Source of the DNA: Desulfatiglandales bacterium
GTDB taxonomy: Bacteria; Desulfobacterota; DSM-4660; Desulfatiglandales; Desulfatiglandaceae
Direction of reading: 5' to 3'
Length of the DNA stretch: 64,000 bases
Assembly: GCA_963666345.1 (NCBI GenBank)
Contig: OY762721.1
Coordinates: 1,696,001-1,760,000, forward strand
A program made the position numbers and the translations under genes. The notes beneath the pieces are model-generated. The model was not told where the DNA came from. It made no database searches and saw nothing but the letters and a program-made list of their open reading frames with translations. Shown piece by piece: positions 1 through 9,882 of this stretch (position 1 is its first letter; each line of letters begins with the position of its first letter).

Positions 1-443
1 CAGAAGATCTGAAAAGGCTCATACTGAAGTCAGGAAAGGAGTGGCATAATCTGGTCGACAACCGAAACTCCAGAAGTTCTGCTTCCCTTTCTCTCCTGGA
101 AAAATGCCTCAAGAAGGATCTGGACCCTGCCAGTATAAAGCCTAATAAAAACGCCCGACCCCGTCTTTCAAAGATAGAAAGCGACTGCCTCAAGATATTG
201 AAACTGGGAAGGGAAGATCTGTCTTCCGCCGATTCACTCGAGAAGATCAAACAGGCCTATAAAAAACTTGCCAAGATTCACCATCCGGATATGGGAGGGG
301 ATGAAGAGAGGTTTAAAAAGCTCAATCAGGCACATGAAAAGATGCTCACCTGGACACAGAACCCTCAATACACATCCAGAAAGGCCCTTAACGACTGCTG
401 GTCCTTTGACGGTTTTAACGGCAAATGGTCCCCTCCCCTTTAA
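1..443 (+). CDS. J-domain (DnaJ-like) protein, 5' truncated by the window edge
   Basis: Frame is open from position 3 (EDLKRLILKSGKEW...) to the stop at 443; C-terminal J-domain with HPD motif (KQAYKKLAKIHHPDMGGDEERFKKLN). Confidence 0.8.
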   Translation, partial: EDLKRLILKSGKEWHNLVDNRNSRSSASLSLLEKCLKKDLDPASIKPNKNARPRLSKIESDCLKILKLGREDLSSADSLEKIKQAYKKLAKIHHPDMGGDEERFKKLNQAHEKMLTWTQNPQYTSRKALNDCWSFDGFNGKWSPPL

Positions 444-489
444 ATACCTGGGAAATCAAAAAACCTGACACCCCTCACCCGTTACTGAA

Positions 490-745
490 CCTCTGCCCGC
501 CGGCGCAAGAGCCGTTCAGACGCGCATCGTTATTCGTTATTTGTTATTCGAAAAAGCTCAAACACACACTCCGGCCCATTCTTAGACACCTCTGTTCGTC
601 AGCGCACAAGCACAGGAACCGGCACTCTTTTTCCGGCCTTATAGCCAGGCGAGAAAAGCGGGAAATGCGAGAAATGGATCTCCCACTTGAACCCTGGAAT
701 CCTCGGATCCTTGAATCCTCATATATTTTTAGACACCAGCCAATC
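490..745. repeat. Composite intergenic repeat remnant (GTTATTC heptamer unit, CTCTTTTTCCGG end, octamer GAACCCT arm)
   Basis: cgttattcgttatttgttattcg at about 528-550; ctctttttccggcctta at about 625-641; cttgaaccctggaatcctcggatccttgaatcctc at about 686-720. The same units recur at 22.9, 26.6, 32.9 and 59.8 kb. Confidence 0.6.
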
Positions 746-900
746 ACACTCACAGGTTATCAACAAACAACAGCCTGCCGGCCTCAAGTAAGGCTGTAGA
801 AAAGGGTGCCGGCGCCGGAGAGGCAGTCATTTAAACGTGCAGCGCTATTTGTTCAGATCTGGTGAGTAAGCAAGGCGAAGGAAATATATCCCGATAAAGC

Positions 901-2226
901 CTATTTTTTCTTAAGGGCTGCGATAATCCTTCTTACATCCCTTTCAAACCCCCTCCCGGTAGGAGTGTAAAAACCACGCCTTTTTACTCCTTCAGGGAGA
1001 TATTCCTGTCTTACCCAGCCGCCTTCGTAGTTGTGGGGATAAAGATAACCGCGGCTGTAGCCCAGCTTTTTCATAAGGGAGGTAGGGGCGTTTCTGATAT
1101 GTTTGGGAACAGGCTGGTGTCCTGTCCTCCTTATTTCCTCTTTCACCGCCTTTTCCGCCAGATAAAGCGAATTGCTCTTGGGCGCGGTTGCCAGATAAAC
1201 GGCTGCCTGCAAAAGGGCCAGCTGCGCCTCAGGAGGCCCAACCTTCTGCCACGCCTCAAAGGCACTGAGAGCTATCCCGAGAGCATTCGGATCCGCCATG
1301 CCTATGTCTTCACTGGCAAATCGAATCATCCTTCTTCCAATAAAAAGGGGATCCTCTCCCGCCTCAAGCATCCGGTAGAGCCAGTACACTGACGCCTGAG
1401 GGTCACTGCCTCTCAGGCTTTTGTGAAATGCCGATATAAGGTTGTAATGCTCTTCTCCGTCTTTGTCATAGTGGAGGGCCTTTTCCGACAAGGCCTTTTC
1501 AACGTTTTCAAGTTCCAGCCTGATTTCCGAACCATCCTGATTGCCCATCGAATAGAGGACAGTCATCTCAAGGTTATTGAGAGCCACCCTGGCATCACCC
1601 TGGGAAAACCCGGCCAGGCAGTCAAGCGCCTCCCGGCTGATACGGATATCAAATCGCCCCAAACCGCGCTCCCTGTCATCAAGTGCCCGGACTAACAGCT
1701 CCCTGATATCCTTACTTTCAAGCGGCTTAAGAACTATTATCCTCACCCTTGAAATAAGGGGTGAAATTATCTCGAAAGAGGGGTTCTGCGTCGTTGCACC
1801 CAGCAGGATGATAAGACCCGACTCCACATGGGGAAGGAATGCGTCCTGCTGGACCTTGTTAAACCTGTGTATTTCATCCACAAAGAGCAGGGTCGGTCTT
1901 CCTGAATCGGACCAAAAGGACTTTGCTTCTGCTATGGCTTCTCTAAGGTCTTTGAGTCCTGAGGTTACGGCGGAAAAGGCACGAAAAGGCAGGCTGCTGT
2001 ATGAGGCAATAAGCCGTGACAGGGTTGTCTTACCTGATCCCGGAGGCCCCCATAAGATAAACGAAAAAGGGTTTCCCATCCTTATGGCCTTTGAAAGCAT
2101 ACAATCTGGTCCCAGGACATGATCCTGTCCCACCACCTCTTCCAGGCTGACAGGCCTCATTCTTTCGGCAAGAGGTATCTCATGATTTTCCTGAACGCTG
2201 CTCATTAGGCGATACTCCAGGTTCAC
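901..2226 (-). CDS. rarA: Replication-associated recombination protein A (MgsA/RarA AAA+ ATPase)
   Basis: PLAERMRP start motif, Walker A GPPGSGKTT, VDEIHRFNKVQQD, and MgsA C-terminal motifs SAFHKSLRGSDP, EDIG and PKSNS. An alternative start is at 2205. Confidence 0.93.
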   Translation of the reverse strand: MNLEYRLMSSVQENHEIPLAERMRPVSLEEVVGQDHVLGPDCMLSKAIRMGNPFSFILWGPPGSGKTTLSRLIASYSSLPFRAFSAVTSGLKDLREAIAEAKSFWSDSGRPTLLFVDEIHRFNKVQQDAFLPHVESGLIILLGATTQNPSFEIISPLISRVRIIVLKPLESKDIRELLVRALDDRERGLGRFDIRISREALDCLAGFSQGDARVALNNLEMTVLYSMGNQDGSEIRLELENVEKALSEKALHYDKDGEEHYNLISAFHKSLRGSDPQASVYWLYRMLEAGEDPLFIGRRMIRFASEDIGMADPNALGIALSAFEAWQKVGPPEAQLALLQAAVYLATAPKSNSLYLAEKAVKEEIRRTGHQPVPKHIRNAPTSLMKKLGYSRGYLYPHNYEGGWVRQEYLPEGVKRRGFYTPTGRGFERDVRRIIAALKKK

Positions 2227-3791
2227 TTGATAAGCCGAGATATCTTGGGAATTATTTTATCCATTTCCAGGGGCCTCCTTATTGCCAGATCCGGGCCCAT
2301 CTTCCTCAACTCCTGAGAAATATCATCGTTCCCGTCCCCTATTACGACTATCGGCAGATCCGGTTTGGTTTTTCTGAGCCTTTTGAGAAGCGTTGATATC
2401 TGTCCGTATGGGGCTGAAAGATCTGCTATGACAAGAGAAGCGACGTCTTTTCTTATTGCCTTTACTGCTTCCTTTTCGTTCGATACCACCATAATTTTTG
2501 CACCCTTGCTTAAGAGAACCTGGTTTAAGAGGGTCAGGATTATACCCTGAGCAGAGACTACCAGGATATTGGCACCCTTCATCTTGTGGCAAGCTGTTTT
2601 TGCTGATGGGCGGGACAACTTCTGGGCAAGAGGGAGCTTGATTGTAAAGGTGGTTCCCTGCTTCTCCCGGCTCATTATCTCAATATCCCCTCCGTAACGG
2701 CCGATAATTGAATAGGCCAGACTCAGTCCAAGCCCCATTCTGCCTTCATCCCTTGTTGAATAAAAGGGGTCAAATATCTTCTCTTGTATAGAGGCGGGGA
2801 TACCCTCGCCGTTATCCTGTATATATACATGAGCAAACCCGGAATTTTCCTCTGTTGAAAGATATATCCGACCACTGCCTTTAAGCGCTTCAATGGCATT
2901 GGAAATAAGATCCACAAACGCCGCCCTTATCTCTTCCGGCCTCGCCTGGACCGGCGAAAGTGCCCGCAGATAGGTCTTGAGTCTGATAGCGCTTCCCGAG
3001 GTTTCGTCTTTCAGCCGTGGTCTTATAATCGAGATCGCATCCTGGACTATCTTTTTCAGATCACAAGGTATCACCTCGGAGATCTCGGCGCTTCTTCCGG
3101 AAAGAAGGAAAAGTTTGTCGGCTATTTCGTGCCCCTTGTCTCTGGCTGCAGAGGCATTTTCAATCGCTTTCAAAAGCTTGGGGTTCCCGGCGCTTTCCTG
3201 CAGTCCTGAAAGACCGGTAAGGGTTTCAAGGCCGTTCATGCATTCGTTTATTACTCTTGAAAGACCGGTTGACATCCTCACTATCGCGTCCATCTTGCGG
3301 GTCTGCACTAACTGTCTCTCTTTCCCTTTTCTTTCAACAAGATCTATTATGTTCAGCAGAAAGGCCCTGCGCCTTTTGTAAATGGTCTTTTCCACCCATA
3401 TCTCACACGGTCTTGATTCACCCTCAACCGTCATAAGACGAATCTCATAAGGATTCGGCAGCGCCTTACCTGAAAGCCGCTGTCTGTAGATGCCAAGGAC
3501 ATATTCCACATCACCGGGATGCACGAAGTCAATACCCTTTCTACCCAGAACCTCTTCAGCCTTGTATCCTAAAAATTGCCGGATCCTTTCGCTGCAGAAC
3601 ATGATCCGCTCGTCCTGAACCATCAGCAGGGCGATAGGGGTTCCCTTAAGCATGTTCTCCATGCCTTTCAGGCCTTTCCGAAGGAGCTGCCTTTCCCTTC
3701 TGAGTCCATCAGCTTCCTGCTTCAGCCTCTCATTTTTTTTCTTCAGCCTCTCTATTTTTACCTGGAGAGAACTCTTCCTGGGAGATTTCAT
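2223..3791 (-). CDS. PAS / HisKA-like / HATPase / receiver-like hybrid sensor protein (degenerate, pseudokinase-like)
   Basis: N-terminal coiled coil, PAS (FVHPGD), G1 IQDNGEGI, F box IFDPFYST, G2 GMGLGLS and a C-terminal REC-like domain. The H-box His is replaced by Arg. Confidence 0.8.
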   Translation of the reverse strand: MKSPRKSSLQVKIERLKKKNERLKQEADGLRRERQLLRKGLKGMENMLKGTPIALLMVQDERIMFCSERIRQFLGYKAEEVLGRKGIDFVHPGDVEYVLGIYRQRLSGKALPNPYEIRLMTVEGESRPCEIWVEKTIYKRRRAFLLNIIDLVERKGKERQLVQTRKMDAIVRMSTGLSRVINECMNGLETLTGLSGLQESAGNPKLLKAIENASAARDKGHEIADKLFLLSGRSAEISEVIPCDLKKIVQDAISIIRPRLKDETSGSAIRLKTYLRALSPVQARPEEIRAAFVDLISNAIEALKGSGRIYLSTEENSGFAHVYIQDNGEGIPASIQEKIFDPFYSTRDEGRMGLGLSLAYSIIGRYGGDIEIMSREKQGTTFTIKLPLAQKLSRPSAKTACHKMKGANILVVSAQGIILTLLNQVLLSKGAKIMVVSNEKEAVKAIRKDVASLVIADLSAPYGQISTLLKRLRKTKPDLPIVVIGDGNDDISQELRKMGPDLAIRRPLEMDKIIPKISRLIK

Positions 3792-3870
3792 ACTATACCC
3801 GTACGATTTACAGATTAATCGATTTCAATCCATAAATGGCTGTTTTTGACAATCGTTTTATCAATCTGCT

Positions 3871-4066
3871 GGATCACTTGTGCGGCTTACCATGGAACTC
3901 ATCCGCGTAATTCCTTGATCTTCTTCACTCTGCTCGGTTCCACCCATCGGCCGGCTCGGGGTACCGGGTTCCTGATCCTGCCAAAAAGTCTTTTCCCCTG
4001 ACCGGGGATTCACCGCCTCCCAAAATTGCATGGATGAAACATAATCTGGAAAACGGCTTGATGATC
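3871..4066. ncRNA. Putative structured rod-like ncRNA (6S-like?)
   Basis: Terminal complementarity GGATCA/TGATCC and CATCCGCGTAATT/AATTGCATGGATG enclosing about 195 nt in the divergent intergenic gap. No covariance model was run. Confidence 0.3.
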
Positions 4067-4152
4067 CTTCATACATACCGTATCATAATTTTTTACCGTC
4101 TTACAACACACAAGTCATTATCAATTATTACAACAAGTTAAGCGAGGAAAAA

Positions 4153-7100
4153 GTGAAAAACTCCCCATTTGTTCACCTCCATGTCCACTCGGAGTACAGC
4201 CTTCTTGACGGCGCCATCCGGATAGACAGGATGATAAAGAAATGTCTTGACCTTGAAATGAGGTCCGTCGCTCTGACGGATCACGGAAACATGTTCGGCG
4301 CCGTACAGTTCTACGAACAGGCGACAAAGGCGGGAATCAAACCGATAATAGGTTCCGAAATATACGTCGCACCGGGAGACAGACGGGATCATAGTCCATT
4401 CAAAGACGGAGGCCCGAACGCATATCATCTGGTCCTGCTGGCAATGAACGAGGAGGGCTATAAAAACCTGAGCAAGCTGGTGACACTCGGTTACCTGGAG
4501 GGTTTCTATTATCACCCGCGAGTGGACATGGAGCTTCTCAGGAATCACAGCGGTGGGCTTATAGCACTTTCCGCCTGCCTCAAGGGATATGTGCAATATC
4601 ACTTGAACTCGGGACGGCCTGAAAAGGCCGAAAGAATGGCAAAGGAACTTGCCTCCCTTTTTGACAACGACAGATTTTACCTTGAGGTACAGGCTAACGG
4701 CCTGCCTCAACAGATAAAAGTAAATAGTGCGCTGAGAGAACTTTCTCAGGACTTATCCATCCCGCTGGTCGGGACAAACGACTGCCATTATCTTAACAAG
4801 GAAGACCACGAGGCCCATGACGTCCTTCTGTGCATTCAGACGGGGAAAACAGTTGACGATGAAAAGCGCCTCAAGTTTTCATCCAATGAATTTTTCTTCA
4901 AGACCAGGCCTGAAATGGAAGAAAAATTGAAGGGGTTTGAAGATGCCCTGGACAACACCAATACGGTCGCTGAGCGTTGCACATATGAAATGAAATTCGG
5001 CGAATATAAATACCCGGTGTTTCAGGTTCCCGGGAAACGAAATTTAAATGACGTATTGGAAGAAGAGGCAAAAAAGGGCTTCAATTACAGGTTGACGGAA
5101 AAGGAGGAGGAACAGGGGTCTTTATCGGAGGACACAATCAAGGAATACAGCGACCGCTTCGATTTTGAATTAAAGGTCATACAGGACATGGGCTTTGCAG
5201 GCTACTTTCTGATTGTGGCCGATTTCATCGACTATGCGAGAAAGGCAGACATCCCGGTCGGGCCGGGAAGGGGATCCGCCGCAGGTTCTCTTGTCGCCTA
5301 CTGTCTAAGGATCACCAACATAGACCCGATAAAATACGGCCTGCTGTTCGAGAGATTTCTTAATCCCCAGAGGATCAGCATGCCTGATATTGATATCGAC
5401 TTCTGCATGAACGGCAGGGACGATGTAATACGTTATGTTTCGGAAAAATACGGTCGTGAAGAGGTTGGACAGATCATAACCTTTGGAACCATGAAGGCCA
5501 GAGGTGCCTTAAGGGACGTGGGCAGAGCCCTCAACATACCTCTTGGAGAAGTGGACAAGATAGCGAAACTCGTCCCGGAAGGTCCCAAGGTCACCCTGGC
5601 ACAGGCCCTTGACGAGGTGCCTGAGTTGAAAAAGATGGAAGAAGGTCAGGAACAGATCAGAAAGCTCCTCAAGATTTCCCGTTCGCTTGAGGGACTTTCC
5701 AGGCACGCCTCCACCCACGCCTGCGGGGTCGTTATTTCCGACAGACCGCTGGTGGAATATCTGCCCCTGTTCAAAGGACCCAGGGATGAGATCATGACCC
5801 AGTTCACCATGGACAGGATAGAACAGCTGGGCCTCATAAAATTTGATTTCCTTGGGCTGAAAACCCTTACGGTCATAAAGCATACCCTGTCGCTGATCGA
5901 ACAGACAGAGGGCATCAGCATAGACATAGACAAGATAGATCTCAATGACAAAGAGTCGTATCAGTTATGCTCGGAGGGCAAGACCACGGGAGTTTTTCAG
6001 CTTGAGAGTTCAGGGATGAAAGAACTGCTGAGAAAACTCAGGCCTGAAATATTCGAAGACCTTGTAGCCCTTGTTGCCCTATACAGGCCGGGGCCCCTGG
6101 GCAGCAACATGGTCGATGATTTCATAAACGGGAAGCACGGAAATGTTGAAATCGAGTATCTTCTGCCGCAACTCGAATCGATTCTAAAGGAGACCTACGG
6201 GGTTATCCTGTACCAGGAACAGGTGATGAAGATCGCCCGCGACCTGGCCGATTACACCATGGCCGAGGCGGATGAATTGAGAAAGGCCGTGGGGAAGAAA
6301 AAGCCTGAGGTCCTTGCCAGGCACAGGCAGCGTTTCATCAAAGGGGCACTGAAAAACGGGGTGGACAAAAAGAAGTCTGAAACCCTTTTCGCCCTTATAG
6401 ACAAATTCGGCGGTTACGGATTCAACAAGTCCCATTCAGCCGCTTATGCGATGATTGCATTTCAGACGGCTTATCTGAAGGCCCACTATCCGGTACAGTT
6501 TATGGCCGCCCTTCTCACACAGGACATGGGCAATCAGGATAAAACCATTAAAAATCTTGCCGAATGTCGCGGAATGGGCATAGAAATCCTTCCTCCCGAC
6601 ATAAATGAGAGTGAAGCGAACTTTTCCGTTTTTCAAGGAAAGATCCGCTTCGGTCTTGCCGCAGTAAAAAATGTAGGGTTAAAGGCGGTGGAATCCATTA
6701 TAGATGAAAGAAAAGAGCATGGGCCTTTTCAGAACATGGTGGAATTCTGCCAAAGAGTGGAAGGCGCGAAGGTCAACCGAAGGGTGCTCGAAGGTCTGGT
6801 GCAATGCGGCGCCTTTGATTTTACCGGCATTTACAGATCCAGGCTCTTGGCGGCCATGGATGAAGTCATGCGATTCTGCGGTTCGAATCACGACCCCAAT
6901 CAACTCAGCATATTCGATTCTTCGGCCATGAGCAGCAACGGGGCATCAAGCCTGTTCGAATTCCCCGACCTTGAGAAATGGGATGAAAAGGAGATGCTCA
7001 GGCGTGAAAAAGAGGCGCTCGGGTTCTATATAACCGGTCATCCCCTGGAAAATTACAGTGATGAGATCTCCCGGTATTCTACCGCATCCATTCAGGATCT

Positions 7101-7626
7101 TCCGAACAAAAAGGACAAAAGTCTGGAGAAGGTGGCGGGAGTTATTGAAAGCATAAAGCTCAAAAGGACAAAAAGAGGCGATAAGATGGCCCTGCTCCAG
7201 TTCGAGGACCTCACAGGCTCGGCGGAGGTGGTGGTTTTCCCTGATGTATTCAACAGGACATCCTCGCTGCTCAAGGGAGATGACCCGCTGCTGATAAAGG
7301 GAAGTGTCGAAACAAACGAGAGTACGGCCAAGATCCTGGCCCAGGACATACAAACACTTGCATCCATAAGACAGGAAAGCATAAAGGCGATAGAGCTCTT
7401 ACTTCATGAAGGGTCGGCGGACAGAGAACTGCTTGAGGATTTAAGGGATATCGTCTTCAAATACCCCGGCAATTGCGGGGTTTTCTTTAAACTGGAGATG
7501 GCCGATGGGAAACATATAAACATCTGCGCGGGCCCAAGTTTCAATGTCATACCCTGCAGCGAGCTTTTGACTGAAATAGAAACCCGCATCGGGCACAAGG
7601 TAAATCAAATTACGAGCACTACTTAG
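4153..7626 (+). CDS. dnaE: DNA polymerase III subunit alpha
   Basis: PHP domain HLHVHSEYSLLDG, GPGRGSAAGS, catalytic PDIDIDF, GFNKSH, C-terminal OB fold; 1157 aa with no intein-sized insertion. Confidence 0.97.
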   Translation: MKNSPFVHLHVHSEYSLLDGAIRIDRMIKKCLDLEMRSVALTDHGNMFGAVQFYEQATKAGIKPIIGSEIYVAPGDRRDHSPFKDGGPNAYHLVLLAMNEEGYKNLSKLVTLGYLEGFYYHPRVDMELLRNHSGGLIALSACLKGYVQYHLNSGRPEKAERMAKELASLFDNDRFYLEVQANGLPQQIKVNSALRELSQDLSIPLVGTNDCHYLNKEDHEAHDVLLCIQTGKTVDDEKRLKFSSNEFFFKTRPEMEEKLKGFEDALDNTNTVAERCTYEMKFGEYKYPVFQVPGKRNLNDVLEEEAKKGFNYRLTEKEEEQGSLSEDTIKEYSDRFDFELKVIQDMGFAGYFLIVADFIDYARKADIPVGPGRGSAAGSLVAYCLRITNIDPIKYGLLFERFLNPQRISMPDIDIDFCMNGRDDVIRYVSEKYGREEVGQIITFGTMKARGALRDVGRALNIPLGEVDKIAKLVPEGPKVTLAQALDEVPELKKMEEGQEQIRKLLKISRSLEGLSRHASTHACGVVISDRPLVEYLPLFKGPRDEIMTQFTMDRIEQLGLIKFDFLGLKTLTVIKHTLSLIEQTEGISIDIDKIDLNDKESYQLCSEGKTTGVFQLESSGMKELLRKLRPEIFEDLVALVALYRPGPLGSNMVDDFINGKHGNVEIEYLLPQLESILKETYGVILYQEQVMKIARDLADYTMAEADELRKAVGKKKPEVLARHRQRFIKGALKNGVDKKKSETLFALIDKFGGYGFNKSHSAAYAMIAFQTAYLKAHYPVQFMAALLTQDMGNQDKTIKNLAECRGMGIEILPPDINESEANFSVFQGKIRFGLAAVKNVGLKAVESIIDERKEHGPFQNMVEFCQRVEGAKVNRRVLEGLVQCGAFDFTGIYRSRLLAAMDEVMRFCGSNHDPNQLSIFDSSAMSSNGASSLFEFPDLEKWDEKEMLRREKEALGFYITGHPLENYSDEISRYSTASIQDLPNKKDKSLEKVAGVIESIKLKRTKRGDKMALLQFEDLTGSAEVVVFPDVFNRTSSLLKGDDPLLIKGSVETNESTAKILAQDIQTLASIRQESIKAIELLLHEGSADRELLEDLRDIVFKYPGNCGVFFKLEMADGKHINICAGPSFNVIPCSELLTEIETRIGHKVNQITSTT

Positions 7627-7648
7627 ACTGCCAGGGAACGACCCCGGC

Positions 7649-8530
7649 TCACCGGTTTGGGCCCGAACCTGAGCCTCTGAGGCCTATCATCTTGTAGATG
7701 AGCTTTGCCACTGCAAAGGGGGAGTTTGTGTCGGCCCCGGAATGACTCAGCTCGGTTACGTCAAAACCTACCACCTCTTTCCTTGAAAATATAACCCGGA
7801 GAAGATTGATCGCCTCATCCCACGAAAAGCCCCCCGGCTCAGGAGTTCCGGTGCTTGATACCACGCTCCAGTCAAAGGCATCCACATCAAAGGTGAGGAA
7901 CACCTTTTCAGGCAGCCGCTCGAGGGCCTTTTCCAGGTCAAAGTGACCTCGTCTGTATTCGTGCATGGTGCAAAGGCAAAGGCCTTCCCTGCTCACCCTT
8001 TCAGCCTCTTCAAGTGACATACTCCTTATGCCGATCTGGAGGGTAGAGGATGTATATTCCCTTATCCTCGACATGACACAGGCGTGGCTGTAACGGCTTC
8101 CCTCGTAGGTATCCCTGAGATCAGCATGGGCATCTACCTGTATTACTCCAAGGGTTGAGTACCTTTCCGAGAGGGCCTTTAAAAACCCGCTGCTTATGGA
8201 GTGATCCCCTCCAAGCAGTATAAGGTATTTCCCGTTTTCAAGTATAGACTTCGCGGTTCCATATACCTCATTGATCACATCCTCATCGGCGCAAGGAACA
8301 GGGGGCGGCATTACCGTACAGATTCCCGCGCGGCATGGTTCGCATTTCAAGACCTCGTCATACAGCTCGAGATACATTGAGGCTTCGATTACCGCATCAG
8401 GGGCATTTGCAGCGCCCTTTCCATACGATACGCCGCCTTCATAGGGAAATGGAAGAAGGACAAACTTCGCTCTGTTCCATGAGCACAAAGAAGGGTCAAG
8501 ATCCAGGAACTGCTTCGGATACCGGTCCAT
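7649..8530 (-). CDS. speB: Agmatinase / ureohydrolase
   Basis: Mn-binding motifs GGDHS, DAHAD, TFDVDAFD and TGTPEPGG; the start overlaps the upstream stop (TAATG). Confidence 0.9.
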   Translation of the reverse strand: MDRYPKQFLDLDPSLCSWNRAKFVLLPFPYEGGVSYGKGAANAPDAVIEASMYLELYDEVLKCEPCRAGICTVMPPPVPCADEDVINEVYGTAKSILENGKYLILLGGDHSISSGFLKALSERYSTLGVIQVDAHADLRDTYEGSRYSHACVMSRIREYTSSTLQIGIRSMSLEEAERVSREGLCLCTMHEYRRGHFDLEKALERLPEKVFLTFDVDAFDWSVVSSTGTPEPGGFSWDEAINLLRVIFSRKEVVGFDVTELSHSGADTNSPFAVAKLIYKMIGLRGSGSGPNR

Positions 8531-9597
8531 TATGCCTTTTCCAGTTTATGAGCCATATCGGGAATGCCGCGGGAAAGCATCCTGTATGGGCGGGCCTTGC
8601 ACTGATCGAGGGCGTAGGCGGCGAGCAGAGGGAATATCACGCTGTATTCGCCCCATATCTGTACCAGGCTTTCCTCATCTGTTGTCCGGTATTTTCCCCA
8701 GGTGACCGCCTCGCCGAATGAGCATCCTGAAAGGCTTCCTTCCCTTTCAGGTGCGGTTCCGATCTGAAGTCCCCTGTCAGCCCCCTCGAAATCGACCTCC
8801 AATATCTGGCTTATTGTTGGTCCGGTCTGCTGGATAAAATTCTTAGGGCCTCCACCTCCCAGTTCCACAAAACCGGTCCTTTCGGAAGAATAGACGATAC
8901 CCGCCGAATCGAGTATATCTTTTTGCGCGGAAAGGCTGACGGGATATCCCTCACGGTCGGTACGAACCAGATTCATGGCGATTGAGTGATTTGCAAGGGA
9001 ATCCCAGAATACAGGAACATTTAGTCTGGCAGCCCTGCAGACGAAACTTCTCTCAGGATGAGGCGCGTTTTTTTCGGCCCACTGTCCAAGAAAATAATTG
9101 AATTCCCAGCTGGACATGGGCCTGCCGGGAAATTTTTCAAAGGACCCGCGAACGAAATCCCTTATGATCTCATCCTGGGCCTCCAAGGTCTCTCTTTCCC
9201 TGATACCGATATCATAAATGCGGGTGTCTCCATGGATTCTCAGTTGATCGTCATCCCAAAAAGGCCTTATGGCCTTTACAGGAAGCCCGAATGCAAAGTG
9301 CAGGTCATGATATACCTGAGCCCCTGTCGAACAGATAACATCTATAAAGCCTGACTCGAGAAGCGATATTACGATGCCGCCCATGCCTCCGGCAATGCCC
9401 GCACCCGCTATTCCAAGCCATATGACATCACCGGCACCTATCATCTTTTTCAGCAGACATGCGCCCTTGTATATATTTCTCGCCTCAAATGAAATCCCGC
9501 CCATGTAATGGATCATATCTGAAACCGTCATTCCCTTTTCAGGCAAGACAGGCACGATATCGGGGTAGTCCTTGAAAAGAGTCTTTTTTTCGTCCAT
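8530..9597 (-). CDS. Deoxyhypusine synthase-like protein (bacterial homospermidine-pathway type)
   Basis: STGAQVYHDLH, GGGGPKNFIQQ and GSLSGCSFGEAVTWGK with the catalytic Lys retained. Confidence 0.88.
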   Translation of the reverse strand: MDEKKTLFKDYPDIVPVLPEKGMTVSDMIHYMGGISFEARNIYKGACLLKKMIGAGDVIWLGIAGAGIAGGMGGIVISLLESGFIDVICSTGAQVYHDLHFAFGLPVKAIRPFWDDDQLRIHGDTRIYDIGIRERETLEAQDEIIRDFVRGSFEKFPGRPMSSWEFNYFLGQWAEKNAPHPERSFVCRAARLNVPVFWDSLANHSIAMNLVRTDREGYPVSLSAQKDILDSAGIVYSSERTGFVELGGGGPKNFIQQTGPTISQILEVDFEGADRGLQIGTAPEREGSLSGCSFGEAVTWGKYRTTDEESLVQIWGEYSVIFPLLAAYALDQCKARPYRMLSRGIPDMAHKLEKA

Positions 9598-9677
9598 AAA
9601 ACCGACCCTACGGGGCATCATTGTTTGTAATGTCCTGACCTGTCAACTTTGATGCATCCTTAAAAAGTCAATACTGA

Positions 9678-9861
9678 GACTGCTACGGCAAAAGGTTCAA
9701 ATGCAACGCTCGCACATCCGGGAACCCGCCCCAGCGTCGTGGGGAGTCCAAGCGAACAGCGGACAATCTTGAGGAATGAGGCTTTATTGTATGTTGCAAT
9801 GTCGAAAGATGAAGCATAATTCCGTCCGAGGCGGGGCAGTTGGACTTTTCACTAAGCCGTC
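9678..9861. repeat. REP/MITE-like palindromic intergenic element
   Basis: Imperfect terminal inverted repeats GACTGCTACGGCAAAAGGTTCAA and TTGGACTTTTCACTAAGCCGTC; 184 bp non-coding insert between pdaD and the DHS-like gene. Confidence 0.55.
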
Positions 9862-9882
9862 AACTCTAAAGCGCTACCGGGC

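Noticed and set aside
4153..7626. Intein in DnaE
   Set aside because: Normal length, with no splice-junction or endonuclease insertion visible.
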